Positions 39,724 through 51,470 of a stretch of DNA of 64,000 nt are shown in pieces. The stretch covers positions 117,118,001 to 117,182,000 of the forward strand of contig OX597823.1 in the NCBI GenBank assembly GCA_951406725.2, read 5' to 3'. Under the pieces are notes generated by a model. It was not told the DNA's origin and searched no databases. It worked only from the letters and a program-made list of their open reading frames with translations. Made by a program: the position numbers and the translations under genes. The DNA comes from Octopus vulgaris. Lineage: Eukaryota. The first letter of the stretch is position 1, and every line of letters starts with the position of its first letter.

Positions 39724-40233
39724 AAGTCTGCAGATGATGAAATATAATACCAGCAATATGTTAAGGCCAGTTCAGCCCCCTCCTTACTTACAGTCTTATT
39801 AAACTTCCCCTGCAGCTTTATGCAACCTCCTGAGGAAAACATAGACTTTATCCTACCTTCTGACATCATGATTGTGTTTTTTGTTGTTAATGTTTAGCTC
39901 TATGCTGGTCCTAATCCATTGGTCCTCATCCACCAGATCTATGATTGATTGCCTGGAAGTCAATTCTGACTAAACTGATAATATGATATTCAAAAGGCTT
40001 CTTCTTCACCATCATCATTATTTAATGTCTGTTTTCCTATGCTGGCAAGGACTGAATGCTTCAACTTGAACAGACAAACCAGAAGGTTGAGATGAGTTCC
40101 AGTGTTTGCTTTAGCATGGTTTCTACAGCCTTTCTAATTTTAACCATTTCACGAAGTGTACAGGGTATATTTTTTTGCGCTATCACTGATGAGGTCACAA
40201 AATAAGATCCCTCAATTGAGTGGGGTCATGATG

Positions 40234-40740
40234 TGACAATTCAGCACTGTCAATTCAGCCCCCGACAATTCAGCACTGACAATTCAGCACTGTCAATTCA
40301 GCCCCCGACAATTCAGCACTGACAATTCAACACCGACGATTCAGCACTGACGATTCAGCACTGATAATTCAGCACTGACAATTCAGCACTGACAATTCAG
40401 CAATGCCAATTCAGCACTGACAATTCAGCACCGACAATTCAGCACTGACAATTCAGCCACCGACAATTCAGCACTGACAATTCAGCACTGATAATTCAGC
40501 ACTGACAATTCAGCAATGCCAATTCAGCACTGACAATTCAGCACCGACAATTCAGCACTAACAATTCAGCACCGACAATTCAGCACTGACAATTCAGCAC
40601 TGACAATTTAGCACTGACAATTCAGCAATGCCAATTCGGCACTGACAATTCAGCACTGACAATTCAGCAATGCCAATTCAGCACTGACAATTCAGCACTG
40701 ACAATTCAGCAATGCCAATTCAGCACAGACAATTCAGTGC
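40234..40740. repeat. Minisatellite of about 36 x 14 bp (GACAATTCAGCACT)
   Basis: Direct observation, with variant units GCCAATTCAGCAAT and GACAATTCAGCACC. Confidence 0.95.
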
Positions 40741-41045
40741 AGGGCATCTTATTGAACTTAGGTTAAAAGTGATTTTTGAGATGAAAAAAAAGAGTGAAAA
40801 TATTTCAATTATTTATTTAAAAACATGTAAAGATAAAAATTACAACAAGAATTAAAAATGCTAAATTATATTCTTTAATTCCAACATTTAGAGTTTAATT
40901 TGATAACTAATTTCTCTTAAATATTCTAGTTTGTCAACTCTCATTTGATATTCTGAAATAATTATTTTCACGGTGGAATATGCTCGTTCATCCTTTGAAT
41001 GCTTTACAGTATCTTGTGTCATCTCGTATGGGCATGGGTATATAT

Positions 41046-41998
41046 TCTTTTATTTGTTTCAGTCATTTGGCTGTGGCCATGCAGGAGCTCTGCATTTAGT
41101 CAAGCAAATCAACCACAGGACTTATTCTTTGTAAGCCTAGTACTTATTCTATTGGTCTCTTTTTGCTGAACCGCTAAGTTACGGTGATATAAACACACCA
41201 GCTTCGGTTGTCAAGCAATGATGGAAGGACAAACACACACACACATATATGTATATATATGTATATATATATATGTGTGTCAGGTCACTTTCGAGTACTA
41301 CTGGTAACATGTAACCCAGTACAACCTGTTGCATGGTTGGGTCGTCAGTGACTAAACCGGCAACCCCATCAAGCTTGGTTGGTGAGGAGGGTGTTTATTG
41401 GACACACTGCAGGATGAAAAACAAAACCCGTCAAAGGGCGGTGGAACTCTTGAGAGTCAACGGCCATCCAATAAATGTCTTAAGGCTGTATCATGCATGG
41501 AGACATAGAAATAATCGGACTGAATGCCTGACCGTGCGGTTAAACCATTGGGAGTGAAGGACTCCTAGCCTTTGTTAGGGCATTCTTCTCGGAGAAGGTA
41601 TCTCAGGTAACCCCGATATAAAACCTGTGGCTCAGTAGTTACCGATGATGTTGACTTGTTCTTTTCGGATTATGGCTGCTGTTGCTTAGTGAGTGGGATT
41701 GACTCAGTGCACAGCCTTTCCTCACTTTAAAAAAAATCTTCTTGCACAGGCATTGCATGATAACAACATTGATTAAGCTTCATGCAATGGCCATACTTGA
41801 TAACGAGGGAGCAACCACCATATATATATATATATGATAGGCTTTTTCAATTTCCGCCTACCAAATCCACTTACAAGGCTTTGGTTGGCCTGAGGTTATA
41901 GTAGAAGACACTTGCCCAAGGTGCCACACAGTGGGACTGAACCTAGAACCATGTGGTTGGTAAGCAAGCTACTTACCACACAGCCACTCCTGTGCCTA
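41046..41998 (-). mobile_element. SINE family A interrupted by a bipartite RTE derivative
   Basis: Tail half at 41046-41245, head half at 41835-41998. Confidence 0.85.
41275..41820 (+). mobile_element. Non-autonomous bipartite RTE-derived element
   Basis: Non-coding body with RTE 5'-UTR-like GGGCA..CT.GGAGAAGG motif; last 45 nt match the RTE tail at 26316-26360 (40/45). Confidence 0.65.
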
Positions 41999-42110
41999 TG
42001 CTTTTTGTTTTTGTATAGTTAATCTATTCTATGATTGCTGTTTGTAGGTTGCATGTGTTTTAGATATACAGCCAACACCAATATAATGTAATAATAAATT
42101 ACATATATAA

Positions 42111-42291
42111 CATCATCATCATCATCGTTTAACGTCCGCTTTCCATGCTAGCATGGGTTGGACAATTTGACTGAGGAGTGGCAAACCAGATGGCTGCACC
42201 AGGCTCCAATCTTGATCTGGCAGACTTTCTACAGCTGGATGCCCTTCCTAATGCCAACCAATCCGAGAGTGTAATGGGTGCTTTTTACGTG
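42111..42291 (-). mobile_element. Family B 3' fragment
   Basis: Core homology. Confidence 0.8.
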
Positions 42292-43677
42292 ATGCACTGA
42301 ATTATTTAGCACTAAATTGTTAGCACTAAATTGTTAGCACTAAATTGTTGGCACTCCAACAATTGGTAAGGTACTGTGGGATAAGAAACCATGATAGAAG
42401 GACAGGATCAGGTGTCTTGCTGAATAGGTGAATACACAGCTTGCCCATCTGGAAAGAGAGAGAGATAGAAAGAGATGCAAGATCAAAGTACGAGGGGAAT
42501 ATGAGACAGAATAGGATAGAGGAAAAGAAAAGGTGAGTAGATAGGTGAGTGTGCTATAGGGAGAATAGAGTGACAAATGATTAGAGATGGAGAATCAGTA
42601 GGGTGCAGAGAATATCAGTTCAGTGGAGGGGAAACAGATGAAGGAAACAGGATATTGTAGAAGACTGACCCCTTTCTTGATCCCCATCATTTCCTCCAAG
42701 AGACTCGAAATCTTAAGGTCCGTCTTCATCCCTTCATTCTATGCCCTTCTAGGCCTCTCGTTTCCTTAGGCTCCTTCTACATTTAGCAATCAGCATTTCT
42801 TTAAACAGCTTTGTTCATCTATCCTTATCACATCACCATATCAGCTCAGTCTTCTCTCCTGCACTCTACTGATGTTTCTTAAGCCCAGATTTTGTTTCTA
42901 CACATTTGAACTCAGTCCTACATGTACATTAACTCTGCAAATAATAACAATTTTAAAACAGCAAGTAGCTTAACTTTAAAAGTGAAAATCAGAGCAGACC
43001 ATTACTTCTCGGAAAACCTGGAAATCTCAGCTTTGAATAAAAGAATTTAAAAATAACATTGCGATATTTCAATATTTAGTTCCTGATCAAAATTGAAGGC
43101 TTTTCCATTGTGCTGTGGAAGGAGTCAGTCCAGTCACCAACCATTATTATTCCAGTTTTAATGATATTAAAACCAGTAACCTAATCTCTATTCATTCTCT
43201 TCCTCTTGGCTAAACCCAATCCTGGCTGACAGCAGATATCTCTGACAATCAAAATATCGCATGGCATCCACAGGTAGACTGTTTCATATTCACCTGTTAA
43301 TCAAAGATTTCTAGCTTTATCATCATTCCTATCACCCTCACCATCATTACCACCATAACCATCATCATGACCACCTAAGATCTGAGACAGGAGTAATTAG
43401 CATTAGGTCTGCTCTGCCTAGTTATCTCGGGGTGGGGATTATAGAGCCAGAAGAGTAAGGACGGGAGAAGTGAAAGAAGTTGAAGTAATTAATATCTCTG
43501 TTAGCAACAAAGAATCTTTTCATTGTGTGAAAGACTGTGTTAAAAATGTTTAAAGAGTAATATTACATGGGGCAGGAACATGTGGCATTGAATGTTGAAT
43601 CTGCAGCTGTTTGAGATGATGTATAATGGTCCCCTACAAAGGCAGAGTGAGGTGAAGGTAACATTATCAACAACCTT

Positions 43678-43976
43678 GTTCGTTTGGTTGTTCCATCCTT
43701 TAGTTGTTTGTTCCTTCTTGAGCCATGCCAGTTTCTCGGTTTCCTTGGCGTATAGTTTCCCCACCTGGACGGAACACAAGTCCATCACAGGTGAGCTGCA
43801 AGATGCAGGAGGAAAGAGTGAGAGAAAGTCAGCAGAAGTTTGCCATTACCTTCTGCCGGAGCCACGTGGAGCCTAGGTGTTTCGCTCATAAACACACACA
43901 TCGCCCAGTTTGAGATTTGAACCCACGATCCCTCGACCGCGAGTCCGCCGCTCTAACCACTAGGCCATGTGCCTCC
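43678..43976 (-). mobile_element. tRNA-derived SINE (family D) with 12-bp TSD
   Basis: Head TGGCCTAGTGGTTAGAGCGGCGGACTCGCGG...GGTTCAAATC; TSD ATCAACAACCTT at 43666-43677 and 43977-43988. Confidence 0.88.
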
Positions 43977-44979
43977 ATCAACAACCTTAATATAAACATA
44001 TTGTATACATGTTAAGGGTGCTGAGTGGAAAGGAGCCATTTGGTGTGAGAAGTGGAGGATATAGAAAGGAGTGGTGTGGCTCAAGTCTTAGAATACTACA
44101 CTTCACAGAAGAAAGAGATGATGGAGAACTGAAATAATTGGTAATCTACTGTAGAACAGATCCAACCTATTCATGTCAGCGTAGATAAACGGCTGTTAAA
44201 ATGGTGATGGATATGATGATTAATAATTTCATTCTTGTCTTGCGGTTATATAAGTTTCTCACAAATTTCTGCCTTGTATAATTTGATTGATCACATGATC
44301 TTTAACCAAAGCAAGTTCAGTGTCATCAATAAAGTAAATCTTGTCACGTCTATGGCATCTGGTATCACTGAGTAAATTATACAGCATCCACCTATTGTTA
44401 CAAACACTCATTTCATCAGTTATCTTAGCCAACATCATCATAGCATTCTGCTTTATTATATTGAAGCCCACTTGCGATTATTCTAATTCTACATCCTGTT
44501 ATCAATAAATTCAAGCAAAAGGACAAAATCACAAGAACTGTGTGAAGAATGGAGATTTAGACGCAGCACTGGTTTTATTATACGTGGATTGTTTTCTGCT
44601 TCTGGTCATTCTCATAATAAAAGACTAAGTAATATCTTCCTCTTTCGTTGCCTCACAGAGTGTGTTCTTCTGCATATATTAAGCATATTTCTATAGCATT
44701 GCTAATTGATTTACATGCATGTGAATGTGTGTGATTCACACTCACTGGATATGATGATGATGATCATCTCTCTCTCTCTCTTTCTCACACACACACATAC
44801 ACACACATATATATAATGTATCTTTAAATGCATCCAGTTTTCCAAGCAGCTTGAACTGGTATTCTGAAGCAGTGTTCTACAATTAGACCCCCTTCCTGCC
44901 ACCAAGAGTTTTATTTACCTACTGCTATACACAGCAATGTGGTATTCCTATTCTAAAACAAAGACATTGTACCAAGTCA

Positions 44980-45385
44980 AGGCGGTAAGCTGGCAGAACC
45001 GTTAGCACGCCGGGTGAAATGCTTAATAGTATTTTGTCTGCCATTACATTCTGAGTTCAAATTCCACTGAGGTCGGCTTTGCCTTTCATCCTTTCGGGGT
45101 CGATTAAATAAGTACAAGTTACGCACTGGGGTCGATATAATCGACTTAATCTGTTTGTCTGTCCTTGTTTGTCCTCTCTATGTTTAGCCCCTTGTGGGTA
45201 GTAAAGAAATAGGTATTTCGTCTGCCGCTACATTCTGAGTTCAAATTCCGCAATGGTCGACTTTGCCTTTCATCCTTTCGGGGTCGATAAATTGAGTACC
45301 AGTTACGTACTTGGGTCAATGTAATCGACTTAATCCCCTTGTTTGTCCCCTCTATGTTTAGCCCCTTGTGGGCAATAAAGAAATA
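44980..45385 (+). mobile_element. SINE family C with tandemly duplicated body
   Basis: Head AAGGCGGTAAGCTGGCAGAA; segment GTATTT.GTCTGCC...AAAGAAATA present twice. Confidence 0.85.
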
Positions 45386-45493
45386 CGATATTGTAACAAG
45401 TCACTAATATTTTGAAGGCAAACATACAAGCAACATCCAGCAGATCTAGAATGTTCGCTTCATGCACTTTGGAAATGCAAGACAAATATTGTT

Positions 45494-45540
<47 letters not shown>

Positions 45541-45924
45541 GACTTGCATCAAAACACAATTTGGTTGATTAACAGAGTCAATAAACTGGGATCCTCTATG
45601 TGGTTGCATGACATGCTGGAAACAGTAGAGCAATCTTCCTCATACTGTCTTAAAAATAGAGGAACACATTCAATGTATTCCTAGATACACTACTCTTGAA
45701 GAAAAGACCGGACGGTCATGATACAAATGCGTTTGATCATGAGCCTGCTTGATTCAGTTGCCATTTCACTTAACAATTACAAACAAGTACTGACCCATCG
45801 AATTAATTCCTTCCTCCAGCTGCTATTTCTATAAGAAGGGTTTCATACAATCTCCACACATCAGGCTGAGCTAAATGTTCTGAGTGGATTTGTAAATGGA
45901 AACTGAACAAAAGACATGTATATA

Positions 45925-46143
45925 CAAAGAGGTGCTGAAAAGTTCCTGGCATTAAGGGTAGTGTAAAAGGCCTGGTTGGTGGCCCAACTTTTCTAGTTTT
46001 TTTTATAGGGGTTAGAAAAACTGAAGGACCACTGCAAGAAGTGAATAAATCAGAGAGGGGAAGACATTGAACAAAGTCATAATTAACTGATCCTGCTGTA
46101 TATTTTTTTTACCCAAAGCTAGAAACTTATCAGGACACCCTTG
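45925..46143. mobile_element. Mariner-type MITE
   Basis: TA|CAAAGAGGTGCTGAAAAGTTCCT ... AGAAACTTATCAGGACACCCTTG|TA. Confidence 0.6.
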
Positions 46144-46449
46144 TAAATGTGTGTGTTGTGTCTCCTTGCTTTGATATCATGTGCTAAATAGAAGCAAACA
46201 TCACACTAATACACCTGTCATTCTTTGCAATCAAGTATGAAGACTTGTCTGGTCGTTGTTCAAAAAACTAGGGCAGATATTGCCTTGCCTAAAAACAAGT
46301 AATGATTGGTAAGAGGAAGAGCGTTTGGCCACAGAAAATCTACCTCAATGGATTCTATTTCAACCTCATGCAAGTACGAAAAGTTAGATTATGATTATGA
46401 TGTTATGTACACATTTACTTATATGTATGCATGGTGATTAAAATGAAAG

Positions 46450-46615
46450 ACATGCACAGGCATGACTGTGCAGTAAGTAGCTTGCTTATGAACCACATGG
46501 TTCCGGGTTCAGTCCCACTGTGTGGCACCTTGGGCAAGTGTCTTCTACTATAGCCTCAGGCTGACCAAAGCCTTGTGAGTGGATTTTGTAGATGAAAACT
46601 GAAAGAAGCCCGTCG

Positions 46616-46658
<43 letters not shown>

Positions 46659-46875
46659 ATATGTTTGTGTGTCTGTGTTTGTCTCCCTTAACATCGCTTG
46701 ACAACCGATGCTGGTGTGTTTACGTCCCCGTAACTTAGCGGTTCGGCAAAAGAGACTGATAGAATATGTACAAAGCTTACAAAGAATAAGTTGTGGGGGC
46801 GATTTGCTCGACTAAAGGCAGTGCTCCAGCATGGCCACAGTCAAATGACTGAAACAAATAAATGGGTAAAAGAGT
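46450..46875 (+). mobile_element. SINE family A
   Basis: Full-length homology. Confidence 0.9.
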
Positions 46876-46947
46876 ATGTATGTATATATAAACGTATATA
46901 TATATAGATGAGGATGTATATATGTATACATACACACACACACACAG

Positions 46948-46983
<36 letters not shown>

Positions 46984-46984
<1 letters not shown>

Positions 46985-47323
46985 AAAGTGCATGGCTCAG
47001 TGGTTAGAGTGTCGGACTCACAATCATGAGGTAGTGAGTTCAATTCCTGGACTGATCTGTGTGTTGTGTTCTTGGGCGAGACACTTTAATTCACGTTGCT
47101 CCAGTTCACTCAGCTGTAGAAATGAGTTGTAATGTTCATTGGTGCCAAGCTGTGTCAGCCTTTACCTTTCCCTTGGATAACATCAATGGTGTGGAGAGTG
47201 GAGGCTGGTATGCATGGGTGACTGCTGGCCTTCCACTAACAAACTATCAACCTTGCTCAGACTTGTGCCTCAGATGGTAACATTTTAGGTGCAACCCCAT
47301 GATCGTTCATGACTGAAGGGATT

Positions 47324-47326
<3 letters not shown>
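46984..47326 (+). mobile_element. tRNA-derived CORE-like SINE (family E)
   Basis: TGGCTCAGTGGTTAGAG A-box, GAGTTCAATTCC B-box and TTGTGTTCTTGGGCGAGACACTT...CTCAGCTGT. Confidence 0.8.
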
Positions 47327-47359
<33 letters not shown>

Positions 47360-47362
<3 letters not shown>

Positions 47363-47599
47363 TTTATCTGTAATATAATATGTGACAATTATTCTGTTGC
47401 CATAATAAGACTCTGAGTTTCAGATGTCGGGTTGGAAGCCTGTTCCAGCATCTCGTCAGGTTTCCACCCTGACATCCGAAACTCGGAATCTTATTATGGC
47501 AACTGAATAAATGTCACATTATATTTACACATAAATTCCTCTGTTTACATAATATCAAGGTCTCATTCATTCTTTTGTTGTTTTACCATTTCTATTAAC
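47360..47599. mobile_element. Fold-back Penelope-like terminal-repeat fragment with hammerhead core
   Basis: Inverted arms at about 47360-47438 and 47462-47538; minus strand CUGACGA-GAUG..CAUCU-GAAACUCAGAGUC-UUAUU; homologous to 50835-51000. Confidence 0.7.
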
Positions 47600-47635
47600 A
47601 TATATATGTATATATATTTTTATATATATATACAC

Positions 47636-47670
<35 letters not shown>

Positions 47671-47870
47671 AACACACACACACTTAGGGATTAGAGGAAA
47701 TTTGTCTCTTCTGTGTATGGCTTTCAGGTGTTGTAACACCCAGTGTTCTGAGGGAGTCGTCCCCACCACACTACATCACATCATAACAGCAAACAAGAAA
47801 AACACATACATTGTGTATGTGGAGCTGATAATATTTACAACACTAGCACTGCTTCTGATTCATTATTGAA

Positions 47871-47902
<32 letters not shown>

Positions 47903-49915
47903 GCACAGACATACACACACATGTACTCACAGACACGTGTACACACATACACACAAATACATGAATATAGTTATGTTTCTAGTTAAAAATATATTCAAAT
48001 AGGTGGGAGGAGATTTGTGTTTCAAGTGTTTGAATGTAAGCCAAGATATCAGTGTGTTAAGATGAATTGATGTCATGTATGTCGTACTTGGAAATACTTG
48101 GAAAGTGTGAAAAAAAAATTGTGCTAAAATATGAAAGACTTGGCCATATAAATTGGAAATGTAAAATAGAGATGTATAGAGGAAGTAATATAATGGAAAA
48201 TATATGCTATAACAAATGAATATATGAAGAAAATACAGTCTGATATGATATATTTGAAATATTCTGAGCAATATATAGATCATATATGTACAATAATTAT
48301 ATAAAACGACTGAAAGAGGAGTAACAAAGTGTCAGATATCTAATATCACATACCAAATATTAAATAAAGAGAGCCAAACAATAGACTTGGTGGTTTGAAA
48401 TATAATATAAAAGAAAAATTAAGGGTGGAATATGGGAAGGCAGTTTGAAATATATGGAATTAGAGGTGATTAAATCAGTAAATAATGTGAAAGTAGAGTT
48501 TGTTGAAAGTAAATCATAGAAATCTAAGTTCTAAGTGATAAGTGATACGTGGTGCATGTTTAAAGGTAAATGATAAATGGTCAATGATGGATGGTTAATG
48601 ATAAATGGTGGAGGTAGAGTTGGAAATATTTAAAAATCACAAACTTCATAAACTAAAAATATTAATCGTAAGTTAGAAAAGTAGAAATGTGGAACTGAAA
48701 GATACAAAATTCAATGAAACAAAGTCGGTAGGGTTAATAATGCTTTCTACTAGAGACATAAAGCCAGCTATTCTGAAGGGAAGGGGAAGCCGATTACATT
48801 GACTTCAGTGTTCAATTGGTATTTATTATTTTATTAATCCCTAAGGGATGAATGGCAAAGATGATTGTGGCAGAATTGATAATAACAAGATTTATTAACT
48901 AAGGTTTAAGACATAATGTATGATTAATACTAGGGTTCTGTACATAATGGATAGCTAGTAAATACTACTAAAATGAATCGAGAAATCAAAAATAAGTTAT
49001 AAATAAAAATATGCACAGCAAAGTGGGTAATTAAATAACATATGAATAAATAAATTATTGAAAATAAAAATAAAATCCAAATATATAGGAAATATTAGAA
49101 AATATATGTGAAATAAAGATATGAAAAATAGATTAAAAATTTGATAAACCTTAATGATAGAAATAGGAATATAAATAGGAAAAATAAAAAAAGAAATTAA
49201 AAAATTTATAAACTAAAGAATTCAAAACAAGGGAAAAGGAAATATATTAGACATAACAAAAAATATTAATAAATCTGGATAAAATGGGTCACAAAGTAGA
49301 ACGATTTGTGAACATTGAGTATAAAATATATAAAGATGCGGCCATAATGGAGCATATAGCTATAATAACAATAAACAGATAGAACATATATTAGTTGCAA
49401 GATGGATATAATCATAAAGAAAACAACAGATTAATGTACAGATATAAAAATACTATATGAGGAAAACAATAAAATATAAAATTAAAAAAGGGGAATAATG
49501 TTAGAGGACCAAGAATGGGTATTTATATGAATAATGGAAACGTAACATTGGGTGAATCAGAGATGGTAGATGGATGGGTATGGATGGGTGGGTAGGTCGG
49601 CTGATTTGCTATTATTTGTTTTAGAAGATAATGGGTTTAAAAACATTTTAGCATTTTGAAAATTTTATGTTCACTTGAGAAAACTAGCACAGGGTTGCAG
49701 TTAGGTAAGTTTAATTTTAGGGAAGAGAAATTCAAAAGATACTCAGTTAGACTTAGTTAACCCAAGTACAATAAAATAACCACTGTTTTATTATTTTCTA
49801 TAAGTAATGAAATGGGAAGATTAGAATAATTTCCCTTTGTAAACTGAACATTCATACCTATGGTTTCAATGACAAATATATACATACCATAACAATAAAT
49901 TGATACATTTATATC

Positions 49916-50720
49916 AGCACAGGAGTGGCTGTGTGGTAAGTAGCTAGCTTACCAACCACATGGTCCTGAGTTCAGTCCCACTGCATGGCACCTTGAGCAA
50001 GTGTCTTCTACTATAGCCTCGGGCCAACGAGAGCCTTTGGTAGACGGAAACTGGAAGAAGCCCGTTCTATAATTATATATATCTATATATATATGTATAT
50101 ATACTCATTTACTCTTTCACTTATTTCAGTCATTTGACTTTGACCATGCTGGAGCACCATCTTTAGTTGAGCAAATCAACCCCAGGACTTATTCTTTGTA
50201 AGCCTAGTACTTATTCTATCGGTCTCTTTGGCTGAACCACTAAGTTATGGGGACATAAACACACCAGCATTGGTTGTCAAGTGATGCAAACACACACACA
50301 CACATATATATATATACATATATACAACGGGCTTCTTTCAGTTTCCGTTTACCAAATCCACTCACAAGGCTTTGGTTGGCCTGAGGCTATAGTAGAAAAC
50401 ACTTGCCCAAGGTGCCATGCAGTGGGACTGAACCCAGAACCATGTGGTTGGTAAGCAAGCTACTTACCACACAGCCACTCCTATACCATATATACATGTA
50501 TGTGAGTGTATATGTTTGTGTGTCTGTGTTTGTTCCCCAAGCATCACTTGACAATAGACGGTGTGTTTATGTCCCCGTAATTTAGTGGTTCAGCAAAATA
50601 GACCGATAGAATAAGTACAAGGCTTACAAAGAATAAGCTCTGGGGTCGATTTGCTCGACTAAAGGTGGTACTCCAGCATGGCCACAGTCAAATGACTGAA
50701 ACAAGTAAAAGAGTAAAAGA
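49916..50720 (+). mobile_element. SINE family A with a second, inverted SINE A (50102-50482) nested in its central microsatellite
   Basis: Head at 49916-50066, inverted full copy, tail at 50500-50720. Confidence 0.88.
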
Positions 50721-50834
50721 GCACACACCTATATATTACATACCCTGTAATGTTGAATAGTTATAAGAAATATGATGCCATATAAGAACATGCATACTTT
50801 AAAAACTACAAAGAAACACACACACACACATATA

Positions 50835-51182
50835 TTGATAAAAATGGCAAGGCAACAAAAGAAAGAAAGAGACCTCCATATTATGTAAATAGAGGAATTT
50901 ATCTATAAGTGTAATATGTGACAATTATTCGGTAGCCATGATAAAACTCTGAGTTTCAGATGCTGAGGTGGAAATCCACACCACCATCTCTTCAGTTATC
51001 TGGCCATCGGAAAAACGCTATGAAAAATGCTATGAAAAATGGGAAATTACTGTGTGATTGACCGTTACTAAGACAAAAGAGCTATTTTGAATGACCACAA
51101 ACTGAAGGGCCCCTCACTTAGTGGTCATTCAAATAGCTCCAAGTTTTATCGTGGCTACCGAGTAATTGTCACATATTACATT

Positions 51183-51184
<2 letters not shown>
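50835..51184 (-). mobile_element. Penelope-like terminal-repeat element with hammerhead and inverted partial copy
   Basis: Inverted copy 51142-51182 of about 50908-50948; internal hairpin 51079-51139. Confidence 0.7.
50940..51000 (-). ncRNA. Type I hammerhead ribozyme (Penelope-type)
   Basis: GAUAA-CUGAAGA-GAUG...CAUCU-GAAA-CUCAGAG-UU|UUAUC: 5-bp stem I, stem II and near-palindromic stem III. Confidence 0.7.
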
Positions 51185-51232
<48 letters not shown>

Positions 51233-51470
51233 TATACAAACAAAAGTAGTTGAACACATACTCAGAAACAAACATAGAGATAATAATGACACAGAATCGC
51301 CGATAGAAATTCATAATCCAAATACAATAACAAAAAGTGTTTATTGCCATGTTGATCTTAAAGAACTGGGGGTAGATAAAGAAAAACATTAGGGAAAGAG
51401 GCACTGATGGGTGGAACTATTAGTAGCAACATCAGTTGAGGGAGTCTTCAGCTAAACTGATAAAGAGATG

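Larger units (their letters stand above)
40232..42357 (-). mobile_element. MULE-like DNA transposon remnant with tandem-repeat termini
   Basis: The left 14-bp array is mirrored by inverted (AGCACTAAATTGTT)n at 42294-42350; internal minus-strand KIIISEYQMRVDKLEYLREISYQIKL* resembles MULE transposase C-termini; no clear TSD. Confidence 0.55.

Noticed and set aside
40234-40740. CRISPR-like regular repeat
   Set aside because: Contiguous 14-bp tandem units with no unique spacers, in a eukaryotic context.
43243-43289. Possible small exon (DISDNQNIAWHPQ) and similar candidates at 30930-31055, 39816 and 54408
   Set aside because: Only generic AG/GT signals with no recognisable protein similarity.
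43910-43976. tRNA genes (also 1660-1728, 46984-47055, 51558-51612)
   Set aside because: tRNA-like SINE heads with no complete cloverleaf or acceptor stem, continuing into SINE bodies.
47960-49640. Strand-asymmetric A-rich stretch, possible decayed Penelope body
   Set aside because: No convincing RT or GIY-YIG peptide could be read.
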